Made by a program: the position numbers and the translations under genes
Notes under the pieces: generated by a model
The model's database searches: none
The model's input: only the letters and a program-made list of their open reading frames with translations
Told to the model about the DNA's origin: nothing
NCBI GenBank assembly: GCA_965230295.1
Contig: OZ246001.1
Span: 896,001 to 960,000, forward strand
DNA: 64,000 nucleotides
DNA from: Marinicella sp.
GTDB taxonomy: Bacteria > Pseudomonadota > Gammaproteobacteria > Xanthomonadales > Marinicellaceae
Direction of reading: 5' to 3'
Part shown: piece by piece, positions 39,701 to 47,600 of the stretch
Numbering within the stretch: position 1 is the stretch's first letter
Layout: each line of letters opens with the position of its first letter

Positions 39701-40263
39701 AGAAAAGGCGTAGGTCGCACTTCGATGTAGTCTGGGGCCACTTCAATGGTTTGGCTTTCTTCACCAAATTTGTAATTAACCGTTGCACCAACACCATAAG
39801 TTTCACCAATTTTATTGCCTGCAGGTACAGCTACTTTTCTTGGAATGATTAACCATCGTATTTCAGCCGTTTCACCAGCCGGTAATACGGCCATACCATC
39901 AGTCAATTTGGGCACGTCTTCCAAATCATCTATGGCCAATGGTTGGCCATTAGAATCTTCCAGTCCATCAAGGTAGTCAACGGTGATGAAAAACTTCACA
40001 TCATCCGTACCCTGTGCGTGGTTATAAGAAGCAGTGACCGGATTGCCATCGACATCCCTAAACACCACATTGATGCCCAGTTCACTCAAATCCAGCGCTT
40101 CCAAACCGTTGGTGATCACCATTTTCGCTTCGAACGCCTGACGCTCAAAAGTCACCTCTTGTCTGATTTCAATTTTCACCACCGCGCAGATCAATTCTGC
40201 CAGGGCCATCATGGGTGCCATCAACAACACCATTGCCAACATCATTTTTTTCATCATATTCAT
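30769..40263 (-). CDS. Giant (3164 aa) secreted multidomain protein: conserved N-terminal domain, Ig/cadherin-like, TSP3-like Ca motif, FN3/Ig-like, six Calx-beta-like repeats, DUF6531-like domain and Rhs/YD cage with degenerate core
   Basis: Sec signal (..APMMALA); DTDGDGLLDAWE; six roughly 113-aa TxExG...W...DDxxVDGD...TNxDDD repeats; INVATGN..TYNS..G.RWTH; many YD repeats; TDHLHAPR...GQYDDGESG.HHNYWRDYDPEIGRY. Confidence 0.9.
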   Translation of the reverse strand: MNMMKKMMLAMVLLMAPMMALAELICAVVKIEIRQEVTFERQAFEAKMVITNGLEALDLSELGINVVFRDVDGNPVTASYNHAQGTDDVKFFITVDYLDGLEDSNGQPLAIDDLEDVPKLTDGMAVLPAGETAEIRWLIIPRKVAVPAGNKIGETYGVGATVNYKFGEESQTIEVAPDYIEVRPTPFLKLDYFLPADVFADDPNTPPPIIEPAEPFDLGLRVKNIGDGEATNLKIESAQPTITENNQGLLIDFTLLGTSVNDQPVVPSLLADIGTLPSEESAMVSWQMTTSLTGQFVDFSADYVHSDDLGGELTSLIDGQPQTHTLLHKVKVAEADRDGVTDFLAFSGDTLYVYESNGMDVRVDNLEILGEGAVVDNGVSNDRRFVTVTVTPEIDGDPVFVHWPDDYAGIPQMITAIRDDNKVLPTENIWQYKVEGDPGVFTYFIGLFDTYESYSHNGNTVTYTVIFDGLEPNARPEVAVTSPQTGYVNQAMSFDILVTDDDSQDVLTLTPLSLPVGASLTATGSGTWQFNWTPDAEGTFNASFRASDGTVDEDVNVQLIISQLDPDDTDGDGLLDAWEMEHFGDLDEDGTGDFDQDSATDKQEHDHGGNPTVEDRPQAVVIESPLAGAQVAVEPTEFMIVNSVGAVDAAMVYEFEMYENSLQNLFFSETIDESELSTTVWAHGQILTEDVRYIWRVRAFDGVTYSNWSYDEFFFSATNNAPEYCGLEYPEAGLSVNDNVVELSVNQGLDAEGDALQYRFEVFEDAAKTIMLADSGWLQASSGQLRSWQPYNEYEVFVDYFWTAKVTDGNNEVLCADSQFTSGVNVSPQTGYQLNAPVNQALTGVDVDLIVDAPLDVFIDIEIDVQPDFTSPGIQQFTQVTDVSGQVIWSVTGLTDDTVYYWRARGNKIPEFRYGRWQYGQFTTQKLGGAPLIKTVNPADQSWVSTVTPELKVAIDQYTGFAETFQVDIYEDADATVLFSSQVVDQPVALSPAMTDRNQYYWQAKALNGDGSETPFSPLQSVFVIDDLVDDVPAFEFVSLQQATSTAASNFRIEWLASDADSDANIDLYYDLDNSGSDGVLIVAGLSENSDDSYDWDISALAGNAVYLYAVISDGSSSVVSYSTETLQINASVIEVLAVDNAVSEAGDQATVNVTLVQQPEDYVIIPVTVSDDSEISTDVSQLLFDLNNWSLPQAITVTGVDDTLVDGDQVAALQFGPIQSADAQFAATQIADLEVTNVDDDIPGVLFTALAGSTTSETGDVISFEVTLLTEPSDNVILDLSSSIETEGQVSPAQLTFTSTDWNTPQVINVIGQDDAVVDGDVTYDINTAVSSVDVNYDGLVVDALSLTNTDDDQAGVSVTAIGGTTTTEAGGTAQFEVTLTSEPLHAVNVSLLSSDEEEGTVDVSLMVFDAINWNQAQVVTITGQDDPLVDGDQAYLLSFTSSSTDVNYEGIVIADVNLTNEDNDSTGLIITPQGALQTSEAGGSVDVTISLTAEPTADVTVTFNSSDASEALVAPTGLVFTTVNWSTEQTITLTGQDDALIDGDQNYQVSITISSADASYDGLAIPAIDATNTDDDVAGVTVLPVNGLTTSEQGGTAKFGVVLNSEPEADVTIAFNSSDVSEGTVDSGVTFTAANWNVAQDVLITGVDDGVVDGDVDYTINGAVSSTDGHYDGLAMAVVSVTNIDDDVAAVIMNNLSGFETDEAGQLQAQFDVSLSVEPTADVILDFNVSDATEAQIAVSQLTFTPSDWSQSQSLTVVGLDDEITDYDVNYDLTYVINSTDVAYAAVVPEVTNLVNLDDDVPQQIEVYYLSENVAKAQVLCNMAAAQVSEPDQVCVHSDAGAEHPHWSYDGFLRWPEVNGIDHQATYYYGISCPVGSYLNTDKGCVNEDDQGPQTMSPMGEGGGTVIAKAINVATGNHHHHEPLLKLGHGLKFGVTYNSHTEVDAFGEPVHGDTGMRWTHDYNRSVSGIYLDESGVEWVNVTRPDGRIYQYYRLQFNWVATNHVKSGLEQTSKGWTFYAKNGDKEYYDSQGRLNEIRLNTGERIRVTHNSDHIRVTDEYGLYINIFFDVIDSVIRINSVTDSSSRGWTFTYTQDNITHINYPSSLRLNRKIFHYENSKHPGLLTGITDQRGIRYSTFVHDGQGRLISSELANGVNRISISYTSDINRTLTNSLDAVSSLEVEKSGDLWRLKSFSGPGCSGCELGNESFDYDAQNNLISHTNEGTTTTYGGYDTKGQFAYRIEADEPGVGAHERRTDYTYDSRFYGKVASISEPSVFNGQNKVTSYVYDNYGQVTSVSSSGFRPDGTAISRSVAHTYAGPFNQISLDDGPRPGAIDQTDYVYYAKDNPVVTRQNRLKRVTGPGGLVERDQIRWSASGKVTEEQRPNGVTIEYTYEPSTDRLLSSSEYMAVGTETRVTQYGYLHTGHLSSVTENYGTAKATRLSLTYDDALRLIQITDEADNRIEYTLDSEGNLLSEQSFGKGVSIPSRVINQSFDAYGYLASRQQSGVSVTYDYSSNGDLNSYTNGKGVTTDYSYDSLNRLTQKTQDYLGTVPATANTMTQFSHDVADRVKTTTDARGNVTTHHYDDFGNLITLISPDSGTSHQTYDAAGNKVSKTDANGHLVERVYDGRNRLTLVEYADSSLDNYFFYDQGAGGLGQLTGFIDQSGQTAFTYDAFGNLLSKAQEVSGFDATSYAAFNDLTISYSYDSYDRLASMSYPSGMTLAYEYDDLNQVKRITTTSPTGITDSLITGVSYLPFGPIESINFGNGQHYNALYDNGYRMTGYNYGVDVTASFNHDNNHNITYVTREISTNNDWFSYDRLDRLTSENYLNTTYSYDKAGNRIMREAGGNPSAKANGGSNGGLNGNKSETIITNYTIDPNSNRLMSINFGANRVYDANGNTLQTHHTGDKQWIYNQANRMSTHTQGVITRAVYRYNALGERVHKTHNKTNGALAGEFLFLYDEQGRLVHVSKYKNGQHIWDRENVYLGDRLIAQIRKFYSSKGMTHDDIYYIQTDHLHAPRWITNDAGVRIWSLESDAFGTTSPEKDVDGDGSNFHFYLRSSGQYDDGESGMHHNYWRDYDPEIGRYLQSNPVGTDAGLNPYEFSMSSPIMQIQRLGQGLDQSTSCTEVIDALGGLCQYIQFPEMLTPDQSWGPVLNDNQTNR
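34855..36870 (-). repeat. Six diverged Calx-beta-like protein repeats (about 113 aa each)
   Basis: Units begin SEAGDQ, SETGDV, TEAGGT, SEAGGS, SEQGGT, DEAGQL; shared PTADV, NWS/NWN and DDxxxDGD motifs. Boundaries approximate. Confidence 0.8.
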
Positions 40264-40310
40264 CCTTTATTGAATTGTCTGAATGTATTCTTCGTTCCTG
40301 ATCAAATGGC

Positions 40311-40364
40311 TCACCAGCCGCCTCCGTTGCCGCCGCCTCCGCCACCACCGCCACCACCAGCGCA
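40311..40364 (-). repeat. Poly-glycine C-terminal tail C-A-G10-N-G3-W
   Basis: Mixed GGC/GGT/GGA codons. Confidence 0.9.
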
Positions 40365-43300
40365 AGGGTTCGTTTTGGGACATTTGTCGCAACTGTTGTA
40401 CAATTCGATACAACCTTCAAGCTTGCACCCTAATTTCACATCATCTAAGTTATCCAATGTGGCACCGGCATTGCCATAATATCCACTGCTAGAACTAAGA
40501 CCCGCTCCAGCATGGAAAAATGGGACATGGATTTCGCAACCAAAACTGGCTGAAGCACAAGAACTGGGTGGTGGGGGTGGACCTGGAAAAAATCGTTCTT
40601 TGTTGTCAAATCGATTGGTCCCACCTTTACTCCTTTTGTAAGGTCCTATTCCGGCAGACCCTTTGAATTTGGGCCGGTCGTCATCGGCATCGGTGATGTC
40701 TGTTCCAATTCTAAAGGACAGGCAAATTTTTACTTTGACACAAGTCCAGGAAAATTCAAATTTCAATTTGCCACATGTCCTGGCACCCAGCCCCAAACAA
40801 ATACCCCCATCGAATTTAAGCAAACCAGTTGGATCGGTGTATCTTAGTGGCGCATTACTGACGTAGACATACTCATTGGCATCGGCATAAACACCCAATG
40901 GATCACGCTGAATATATCGGCCCAAACCAGGAGCATAATCCCGATTGAAGTTATGGTAGGTAAACGACTCGGGATCTGCATATTGGCCCGGCATCATCAA
41001 TGGATCGGTGTGCCCGTTGACGGCTTGCCAATCATGTGATTCACCAAAAGCAGAGAATTCACGGGCCAGTTGCACCACACCTTGACTGTCGATGATTTTG
41101 TGCGGTGTGCCCAGATGATCATTCAGGTAATAGAAATAACCTTCAGCTGATTTCTTTAAGATCGGTTTGGCCCCTTCTAATTGATGCGGCTCATGTAAAT
41201 AATTAACTGTTGAACCATCGGCAAGACGCTCATGAATCAAACCTTCTTTGCCATAGTGGAAATAGGTGGTTTCATTGTTGGCCAGATCCTTTTTAAAAAT
41301 ACGTCTACCGAACGGGTCGTAATGGTATTCATGGGTAGCTGTTCCGCCACCGTCTTGAATTTGGGTTAAACGCATGGCTTCGTCATAAACGTAGTTATTC
41401 AAAACGCCTAAACCGGCATCAGTGACTTGTGTCATGTTGCCATTGTCATCATAGACATAGGATTGGGTGATGGCATCCACCAGTTGGTTGTTGGCATTGT
41501 ATTGCCAAATGGCATCGTTGGTGGTCAGTGAAGTGGTGCGGTTTCCTACCGCATCATACTGGTACCCTTCGGTTGGTAGGGATGGGTGTGTGGCACTGAT
41601 CAGCTGGTCCAGGTTGTCATATCCAAAAACATGGTTTCCTTGTTGGGTCTCTTTGCTGGTCATGAAACCATAGTCATTGTAGCCATAGACATGCTCCTGA
41701 ATGGGATTGGCTTGGGCGTCAGTGGCCGTGATGCTCATGGTCCGTTGCAGACCATCATAAGTCATCTGTTTCACCACCCCACCAGGCATGGTCACCTGTT
41801 GTGGCTTATTGACCTTAAAATCAGAATAAACGATGTCGCCCTGGTTGGGAATCACCACTTTGGCCAAACGCGCATCATCATAAGAAAATGGGTACTTGAT
41901 GCCATCCACTCCGGTGAAGCTTTTGGTCAAGCCATCTTTGAAATATTCATAGCTGTGGTTGAATGAGTGGCCATGTACGGTCAGAGTTTCACTCAACTTG
42001 TTCAGCTTAAAGTCATAGGTCGCTGTGCCCACCAAAGTGCCGTCTTCATATCGTTCAATAGCTCCACGGTTGTTGAGGGTATAAGTTATGGTATTGACCA
42101 ATTGTTGTTGCCCATCAATGGAGCGAAAGGAGCGGGTTCCGACCTGTCGACTGTCGTCATCGTATAAATATTCAATGCGATTGCCCATGGCATCTTCTTT
42201 GAATGTCACATAATTGTTTTCATCATAAATAAAATGAAACGCTTCATTCATGGGACGAATCACATCTTTCAGATTGTTCGCCAAATCATATTCAAACCGA
42301 TGTCGGTTCAATTTGGCATCATAAAATTCAATCATGTTATCCCGGTCATCATACCGATACTGTTGCTGTAAAACCCCTTCATGATAACGATGGGTCCTTC
42401 TGTTGAGCGCGTCGTATTCAAATGTGATGGTCCGTTCTGCATTGCCGGAAGTTTCAATGATGTTACCTACGGCATCGTATTCGATGTTCATGACATCGAT
42501 TTTGGTCTCACCAGCTTGTTCATAGGTTCGTGTTTCCTGGATGATGCGATTTTGCAGGTCATACCGCAAATCCATACTGTAAGTGGGGAAAACCACCCGG
42601 GTGGGTTGATAAAACGCTCCCGAATTCATCGGTGCATCCACCAATGGTTGATAAGAATATGTGGTGATCAAGCCACTTGCTGTGATCATGGCCGTCATAC
42701 GACCAAAATCATCGTAGGTATAGGTTGTTTCATTACCCTCCTCAGAAATTGCCTTGCTGAGGCTACCTGCCGATGAATACTCGGTGATCAGCTCACCACC
42801 CATTTCATCAGTAACCTTTATTCCACGACCCAATGGATCACTTTCATAAAATCGTTTTGACTGATCTGGATGTTCCACCTCAAGCAAGTGCCCAAGCTTG
42901 TTGTATTTATACTTGGTTTCAAACTGGTTGGGGGTCTGCTTCAAGGTCATGTTGCCGGCATCATCGTACTCAAACGTCCACAGTTTGGTCCTGGCATCTG
43001 TGTATGTTTTGACATTGCCGCGAGCATCATGGGTGAAGAACCGTTCATTCAGTCTGCCATCGGTTGCTTTGTTCATGTTGCCATGGTCATCGTATTCATA
43101 AGTCTTCACTGACTCGGCCGTCTGGGCATCTGCCAAAGATCTGACTTCGGTCACTTGACCATAGGCATCATGAGTCAAGCGATGAATGCGTTCAGCTGGT
43201 TCTCCCACTGCTTCAACCACCTCAAACAAATTGTTGTTGACATAAGAGTAGGTGGTCAAGACACCATTGCGATCACGCATGGTCAGCAAATTGGAATTGG

Positions 43301-44393
43301 ATACATCAAAGGTATATTCTTCAAACGTACCGTCAGGAAAGGTGATTTTTTTGATATTCCTGAATTCATCAAAATCCCGTCGGATCTGTTTGCCATAGGC
43401 ATCTGTTTCGATGAATGCCCGCAAATCTTGGGTGATGGATCTGACTGTGAAGCCATTGATGTCATGTCGTGCCAGTTCACCATCCCGCTTGAACCAACTC
43501 TCAGTCACCCGACCACCTGGAAAGGTGGTTTTTAAATAGTATTCTTTTTTGCCTTTGAGGTAATCAAACACATAATGAGCCTTGTGCCCCAACACATTGG
43601 TGATCGATTTCACCCGCCCGGAACCACCATACTCAATGGTCTTGATTTTCAATTCCGGATCAGTGATCTGGGTGAGGTTTACATATCCATCATCATTAGG
43701 GGTGTTGCTGTAATCGTAAGTCCAGTTGAAACCCCTCAAATCAGTCACTGCGGCCAGTTTATATCGTTTGGGTGTGGCCGATTCGTCTACCACTTGCCAT
43801 TGGTATATGACTTGTCGACCTTCGTAATCACTGACCGATTGCAGTTGCCCATGTTCAGTGTGATAGCCAAAGGTCAAGACTTGTAAGTTTTTGGCATTCC
43901 TGACCCCTACCAATCTTTCTACCTGGGTTGAATTAACCATGGCGGTTTCATAAAGGAAAGTGGCTGCATAACCTGTGATGTGACCCATGCTGTTGGCACG
44001 TCCGTCGTTATTGTAATGCATGAAATTGCCATCACGATCGGTCCAGGTCCAGCCACTGTGGTCACTTTTTTTGCGCAGTTTCATTCTGGGGCCAAATTTA
44101 AAAATGGTGCCTGCTGAATCCAATTTCTCATAACTGTCGCCACCCCGGATGATGCGCAACACCGTAAGATCGGTGGGATTGATCTCAAACACCAAAGTAT
44201 CCCAGGCAGGGTTGAATTTCCATTGTCCTTGTTCATACAAACGACTCCAACTGACATGTCCGCCAGGTACTTTGACGGAAATGTCTTCAACCACTTCATA
44301 GTAATGCCCTGAGGTGGGTTCAACCCTGGTGTGTCCATTAATTTGAACCATCAACAAAATGACGATCAACAGTGTCTTTGCGATTTTATTCAT
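40311..44393 (-). CDS. Rhs/YD-repeat protein (1360 aa) with Sec signal, DUF6531-like N-terminus, intact core and Cys/Gly-rich C-terminal domain
   Basis: VEPTSGHY..DISVKVPGG..WSRLY; YD repeats; DHLGTP, PGQYAD.ES..YHNFNRDYAPGLGRYIQRDPLG-X19-DPTG; TAAGGA RBS. Confidence 0.93.
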   Translation of the reverse strand: MNKIAKTLLIVILLMVQINGHTRVEPTSGHYYEVVEDISVKVPGGHVSWSRLYEQGQWKFNPAWDTLVFEINPTDLTVLRIIRGGDSYEKLDSAGTIFKFGPRMKLRKKSDHSGWTWTDRDGNFMHYNNDGRANSMGHITGYAATFLYETAMVNSTQVERLVGVRNAKNLQVLTFGYHTEHGQLQSVSDYEGRQVIYQWQVVDESATPKRYKLAAVTDLRGFNWTYDYSNTPNDDGYVNLTQITDPELKIKTIEYGGSGRVKSITNVLGHKAHYVFDYLKGKKEYYLKTTFPGGRVTESWFKRDGELARHDINGFTVRSITQDLRAFIETDAYGKQIRRDFDEFRNIKKITFPDGTFEEYTFDVSNSNLLTMRDRNGVLTTYSYVNNNLFEVVEAVGEPAERIHRLTHDAYGQVTEVRSLADAQTAESVKTYEYDDHGNMNKATDGRLNERFFTHDARGNVKTYTDARTKLWTFEYDDAGNMTLKQTPNQFETKYKYNKLGHLLEVEHPDQSKRFYESDPLGRGIKVTDEMGGELITEYSSAGSLSKAISEEGNETTYTYDDFGRMTAMITASGLITTYSYQPLVDAPMNSGAFYQPTRVVFPTYSMDLRYDLQNRIIQETRTYEQAGETKIDVMNIEYDAVGNIIETSGNAERTITFEYDALNRRTHRYHEGVLQQQYRYDDRDNMIEFYDAKLNRHRFEYDLANNLKDVIRPMNEAFHFIYDENNYVTFKEDAMGNRIEYLYDDDSRQVGTRSFRSIDGQQQLVNTITYTLNNRGAIERYEDGTLVGTATYDFKLNKLSETLTVHGHSFNHSYEYFKDGLTKSFTGVDGIKYPFSYDDARLAKVVIPNQGDIVYSDFKVNKPQQVTMPGGVVKQMTYDGLQRTMSITATDAQANPIQEHVYGYNDYGFMTSKETQQGNHVFGYDNLDQLISATHPSLPTEGYQYDAVGNRTTSLTTNDAIWQYNANNQLVDAITQSYVYDDNGNMTQVTDAGLGVLNNYVYDEAMRLTQIQDGGGTATHEYHYDPFGRRIFKKDLANNETTYFHYGKEGLIHERLADGSTVNYLHEPHQLEGAKPILKKSAEGYFYYLNDHLGTPHKIIDSQGVVQLAREFSAFGESHDWQAVNGHTDPLMMPGQYADPESFTYHNFNRDYAPGLGRYIQRDPLGVYADANEYVYVSNAPLRYTDPTGLLKFDGGICLGLGARTCGKLKFEFSWTCVKVKICLSFRIGTDITDADDDRPKFKGSAGIGPYKRSKGGTNRFDNKERFFPGPPPPPSSCASASFGCEIHVPFFHAGAGLSSSSGYYGNAGATLDNLDDVKLGCKLEGCIELYNSCDKCPKTNPCAGGGGGGGGGGNGGGW

Positions 44394-44522
44394 AGCAATT
44401 TTTCCTTAATAACTTGTTTCTATTTGCAATGTGGGTGGGGACCACTGTGGTCTTATTGCCACCTTCATTGCAGTTTTATATTCAATCCATATTTATTCAG
44501 AACATGTTTTCTTTGGTACCAG

Positions 44523-44636
44523 TCAGTTGCCGCTACCGGGGCCACCGCCTCCAGGACCGCCGCCTCCGCCGCCACCTCCAGGGCCTCCGCCGCCTCCGCC
44601 TCCGCCGCCTCCGCCGCCACCGCCGCCACCGGCACC
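44523..44636 (-). repeat. Poly-glycine C-terminal tail G16-P-G8-P-G4-P-GSGN
   Basis: Read from (GCC/TCC/ACC)n triplets on the + strand; synonymous codons are mixed. Confidence 0.9.
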
Positions 44637-47600
44637 AGAAACGTTACAACATTGATCACCTTCACATTCAGGCGCACAAGGGGAAGATTCCTCATTGGCA
44701 CCAGGTCCGCCACACCACAGTGCCGCATCTGCTTGCCAACATCGGAAATCAAGTGGTCCACCGTCACGACTGTTGCGAGGTGGTTTGGGCAGCTTAATGC
44801 CAGGCTCACCACAGTCATCACCCGCCACATATGACACGTAACTGGGTGATGCGGTCCCGTCAATCTCGCCGCTTGGGCACTGGAATTTGTAAGCGCCATT
44901 GATTTGATTGGTGTAGCCAGAACAACCACCACCGCCCGCATTGCCATCAGCACCGGGAACCAAAGATCGTTTATTGATCAACTTAAAGGGTAAATAGTGG
45001 GTTTCATTGGCTTCGATGCTCTCTGGAACTTCTCCCAAAATCTCGTAAATGAAATATTCATCTTCATTGGGAAAGTTCAAGGCCAGATCGTGGGCCCTGA
45101 TCAAGCCCAAGTTTTTGATTTCCAGTAAACCGGTATACACATCTCCGGGATACATGTCAGGCAAATTGGTGACTGTGGGGCTGATCATCACCACAGGCGC
45201 CGGTACATTGGTTTCAAAGGTCGCATTCATAACCACTTCATAGCGATCTTCAATGGTGATTTCTGTCACTGACCAATCGATGGTGATCAGGTTTCGTTGT
45301 AAAAAGAAGAATTCACTGTTACCAGGAGGACCAGACTGTGGATCCGGTAAGACCCGCATGCGACCATTTAAATCTTCATAGTTAGAGCTGGTGACCTGAT
45401 AACGGTATCGCCCAATATTGATTGGCTCAGTTTGCACCGCGCCTGAGGCATCTGTGACCCACTCATAAACTCGATTGGAATCTATTTCGCTGGTTAATCT
45501 GATCCGCACATTGGCCAAACCTATGGGGTCTGGGTATTCTAATGGATCCAGTCCGGTATATACATTGGCGGTTTGAAAAGCCACAGTGCCCATATCATTG
45601 GTGGTAACCATAGCTGTCAATGGCACATAAAATGGATCTATGTTGTCGCCAGTGATCTCAATGACGTAACCCGAGAGTATTTCACAGGGATCAGGTATTT
45701 GATCACAAATGTTGCTGGGTGGCGTCATGCCTACGTTGACTTCCACACTCTGATAGATTCCCAAAACAGGGATCGTTGCGTTGGACATGAGGTAGATCCA
45801 ACTGGGGGCAACATCAACCACCTGTCCCTGCTGATCCAGTTCAACAATCCTCAGAGACAATTCTTCAGCATCAGCAAAACCATTGTTGGTCATCTCAAAA
45901 GTATCAGTCACCGCCACTCCCGGATTGCTGCGCAGGTCTAACAAATGGGGTTCAACTTCCAATGCCGGCATGCCATTTGCAGCTTCAAAGTTCAATGTGG
46001 CACGACCCAACTCCAAGGTACCGTAATTATCTGAGATAATCCTCACTGTCAATTGACCTTGGCTGACACCCCCATTAGACACATTCAATAACACCGGTAC
46101 GGCTTGCCAATTCATTGGGTGGTTTAACAACGGCAGGGCTGCAGGCAAGGTGATGGCTTGTGCAGGCACATCGGAGGAAACCAGCTCTACCCTAACATTT
46201 TGATACTCCAAGCCACGGGGGGCTTTCAAATACAACAAATGTTCAGTGTCAACGTTGTAAGGGATTCTGACATTTTCATCTTGAAAATCCGCATAGATCC
46301 GTCCCACTTGGAAGCTACCATCCATCGGACGATCCAAAATGTCTGGGTGAGTCACCGACACTTGATATGTACCGGCATCGGTACTACCGGCTGTGTGGGT
46401 GTATGAGAACTGACCAAAGGCATCAGTGAACACATCAATGTTTTGCTCAAAGCCTTCATTACGCAATGATAAATTCAGGGGCACATCAGCCACTGGCTGA
46501 CCATTGTTTCGTGACACTGCTTGACCACTGATGCTGGTGGTTTCACCTTGAACTATCAGCGGTTCACTGACACCCAACAATTCACCCGCGTATGACGTTT
46601 CAGCCAATACCGTGGGTTGGCGTGTTTCAACACCCTGCAGGATGATGGCTTGACCTGAATTTTGGTCAAAGTACATTTTTTCAATGCTGGCTACCACCAC
46701 CACATGATCCCCTGCATTGGCTGGGATGTTGATCGGCTGTGACGATGACAAATAACTGGTGCCAGCCGGGATGCGAGCCACAGTCACTCCAGTGGGGAAC
46801 GTGAATACGTTGTTACCCAACACTTGTCTGAAACCCGCCAAAGCCAAGGTGTTGCCATCGTCATCTTCCAGTCGCAAATGCACATCGCCACTGTCAAGTG
46901 AACCAGTACCCTTTGCGGTGATCAAATCAACACTTTGTTCGCCTGGGTTTTGAATCAGCAATTGAACTTCACCAGTGGTGCCCCTGACAAAATTGTTGGT
47001 GGTGATGCTGATGATCAAGCCACCTTCTTCAACCGGTATGGCCAATTGACTTTCGATGTTGGCTGACGAGCCATCGGTTGGACGATGGTGAATGGTCATG
47101 TCAACCAAAACCTCTTCGGTTCCTACCGGCATGTTTCCTGGGATGTTCAGAGAAACTTCCGCACTGCCAAAACCAGCTATCGAAACTTCATTGGAGTGAT
47201 ACGTTTCACCCTCTACCATCAAAGTCATGGTCACATGGTCAATGGCCTCGGCTTCGTGGTTGGTGATTTCCATGAACAGTTGGTTCATCAACCCACGCTT
47301 GAGGCTTTGTTCGACCATCAGATCGGCAGTCAAATCGGGTAATTTGAGGGTATTGGGCAGAGACTCTCCTCCATTGATGGCGACCACCGCATATGTGCGG
47401 CCTGAACCAGCATAGGAGTCGTCAGTATAGGTGGTGGTTCCTGAGATTGTGCCTGAGGTGTTCAACTTCACCGCATTGCCATTGTCGATTTGATACACAT
47501 CGAACTCAGTGGCTATGTTGTGTGACCAGTTCAAACTTGGAGACGAGGTATCACTCACCGAGATGTTGAAGTTTTGTACCGGTAATAACGAGGGATTGAT

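Noticed and set aside
44394-44525. The 3699-aa and 1360-aa ORFs are in the same frame, suggesting readthrough or a broken single gene
   Set aside because: Three in-frame stops (TGA, TAA, TAA) lie between them, and the downstream gene has its own TAAGGA RBS and signal peptide.
40311-44636. Poly-Gly tails as GlyGly-CTERM (rhombosortase) signals
   Set aside because: No transmembrane helix or basic residues follow the glycines.
44331-44953. Poly-Pro (44431..44655), Ala-rich and Arg-rich ORFs
   Set aside because: Alternative-frame and antisense shadows of the poly-Gly tail of the 3699-aa gene.
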